Below are positions 63,991 through 64,000 of a stretch of DNA of 64,000 nucleotides, piece after piece. The notes under the pieces are model-generated. The model made no database searches, was not told the DNA's origin, and saw only the letters and a program-made list of their open reading frames with translations. This stretch comes from an uncultured Nitrospiraceae bacterium (GTDB lineage: Bacteria; Nitrospirota; Nitrospiria; Nitrospirales; Nitrospiraceae). The DNA lies in the NCBI GenBank assembly GCA_963795615.1, contig CAWCIJ010000014.1, positions 264,275 to 328,274 of the forward strand. The letters are read 5' to 3'. Each line of letters begins with the position of its first letter. The stretch's first letter is position 1. The translations under genes were made by a program, and so were the position numbers.

Positions 63991-64000
63991 TTTGACCTTG

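Noticed and set aside
1-64000. Search for rRNA, tRNA, tmRNA, RNase P, transposase, integrase, reverse transcriptase and cas genes
   Set aside because: Visual scanning of both strands and of the ORF translations recognised none. Small structured RNAs could still be missed without covariance-model searches.

Overview
This is a GC-rich (roughly 58-60 % by eye) 64-kb chromosomal segment from a diderm bacterium. The protein set (many PAS/GAF sensor kinases, LarB/LarC, a Ycf48-like BNR protein, a di-haem cytochrome c) fits a Nitrospira-like organism, but that is only an impression I cannot verify here. I can support about 60 protein-coding genes in four blocks. (1) A CHAT/DUF928 plus toxin-antitoxin accessory patch at 1-5.6 kb. 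(2) A 14-kb co-directional signal-transduction supercluster with an embedded FadL/TodX-type outer-membrane channel at 5.8-19.9 kb. (3) A housekeeping core: lolA, ftsK, rsmA, pdxA, larC, larB, gpsA, truD, an ABC exporter, a phosphofructokinase and others. (4) A secreted protease/lectin accessory patch at 55-62 kb. I recognised no rRNA, tRNA, CRISPR array, transposase, integrase or reverse transcriptase. The most unusual property is non-coding. Nearly every longer intergenic region is filled with mosaic, hairpin-forming repeat modules from several families, roughly 4-5 kb in total by eye. These include three TA-flanked elements with 19-bp terminal inverted repeats, tandem hairpin modules with conserved loops but interchangeable stems, and a 1.3-kb gene-free repeat locus between ftsK and rsmA. 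Repeat ends coincide strikingly often with the stop codons of minus-strand genes. Repeat coordinates were derived by eye and may be off by a few nt. All protein-family calls rest on motif recognition from memory, not on database searches. Many start codons were moved inward from the ORF track because the N-terminal extensions are encoded by repeats.
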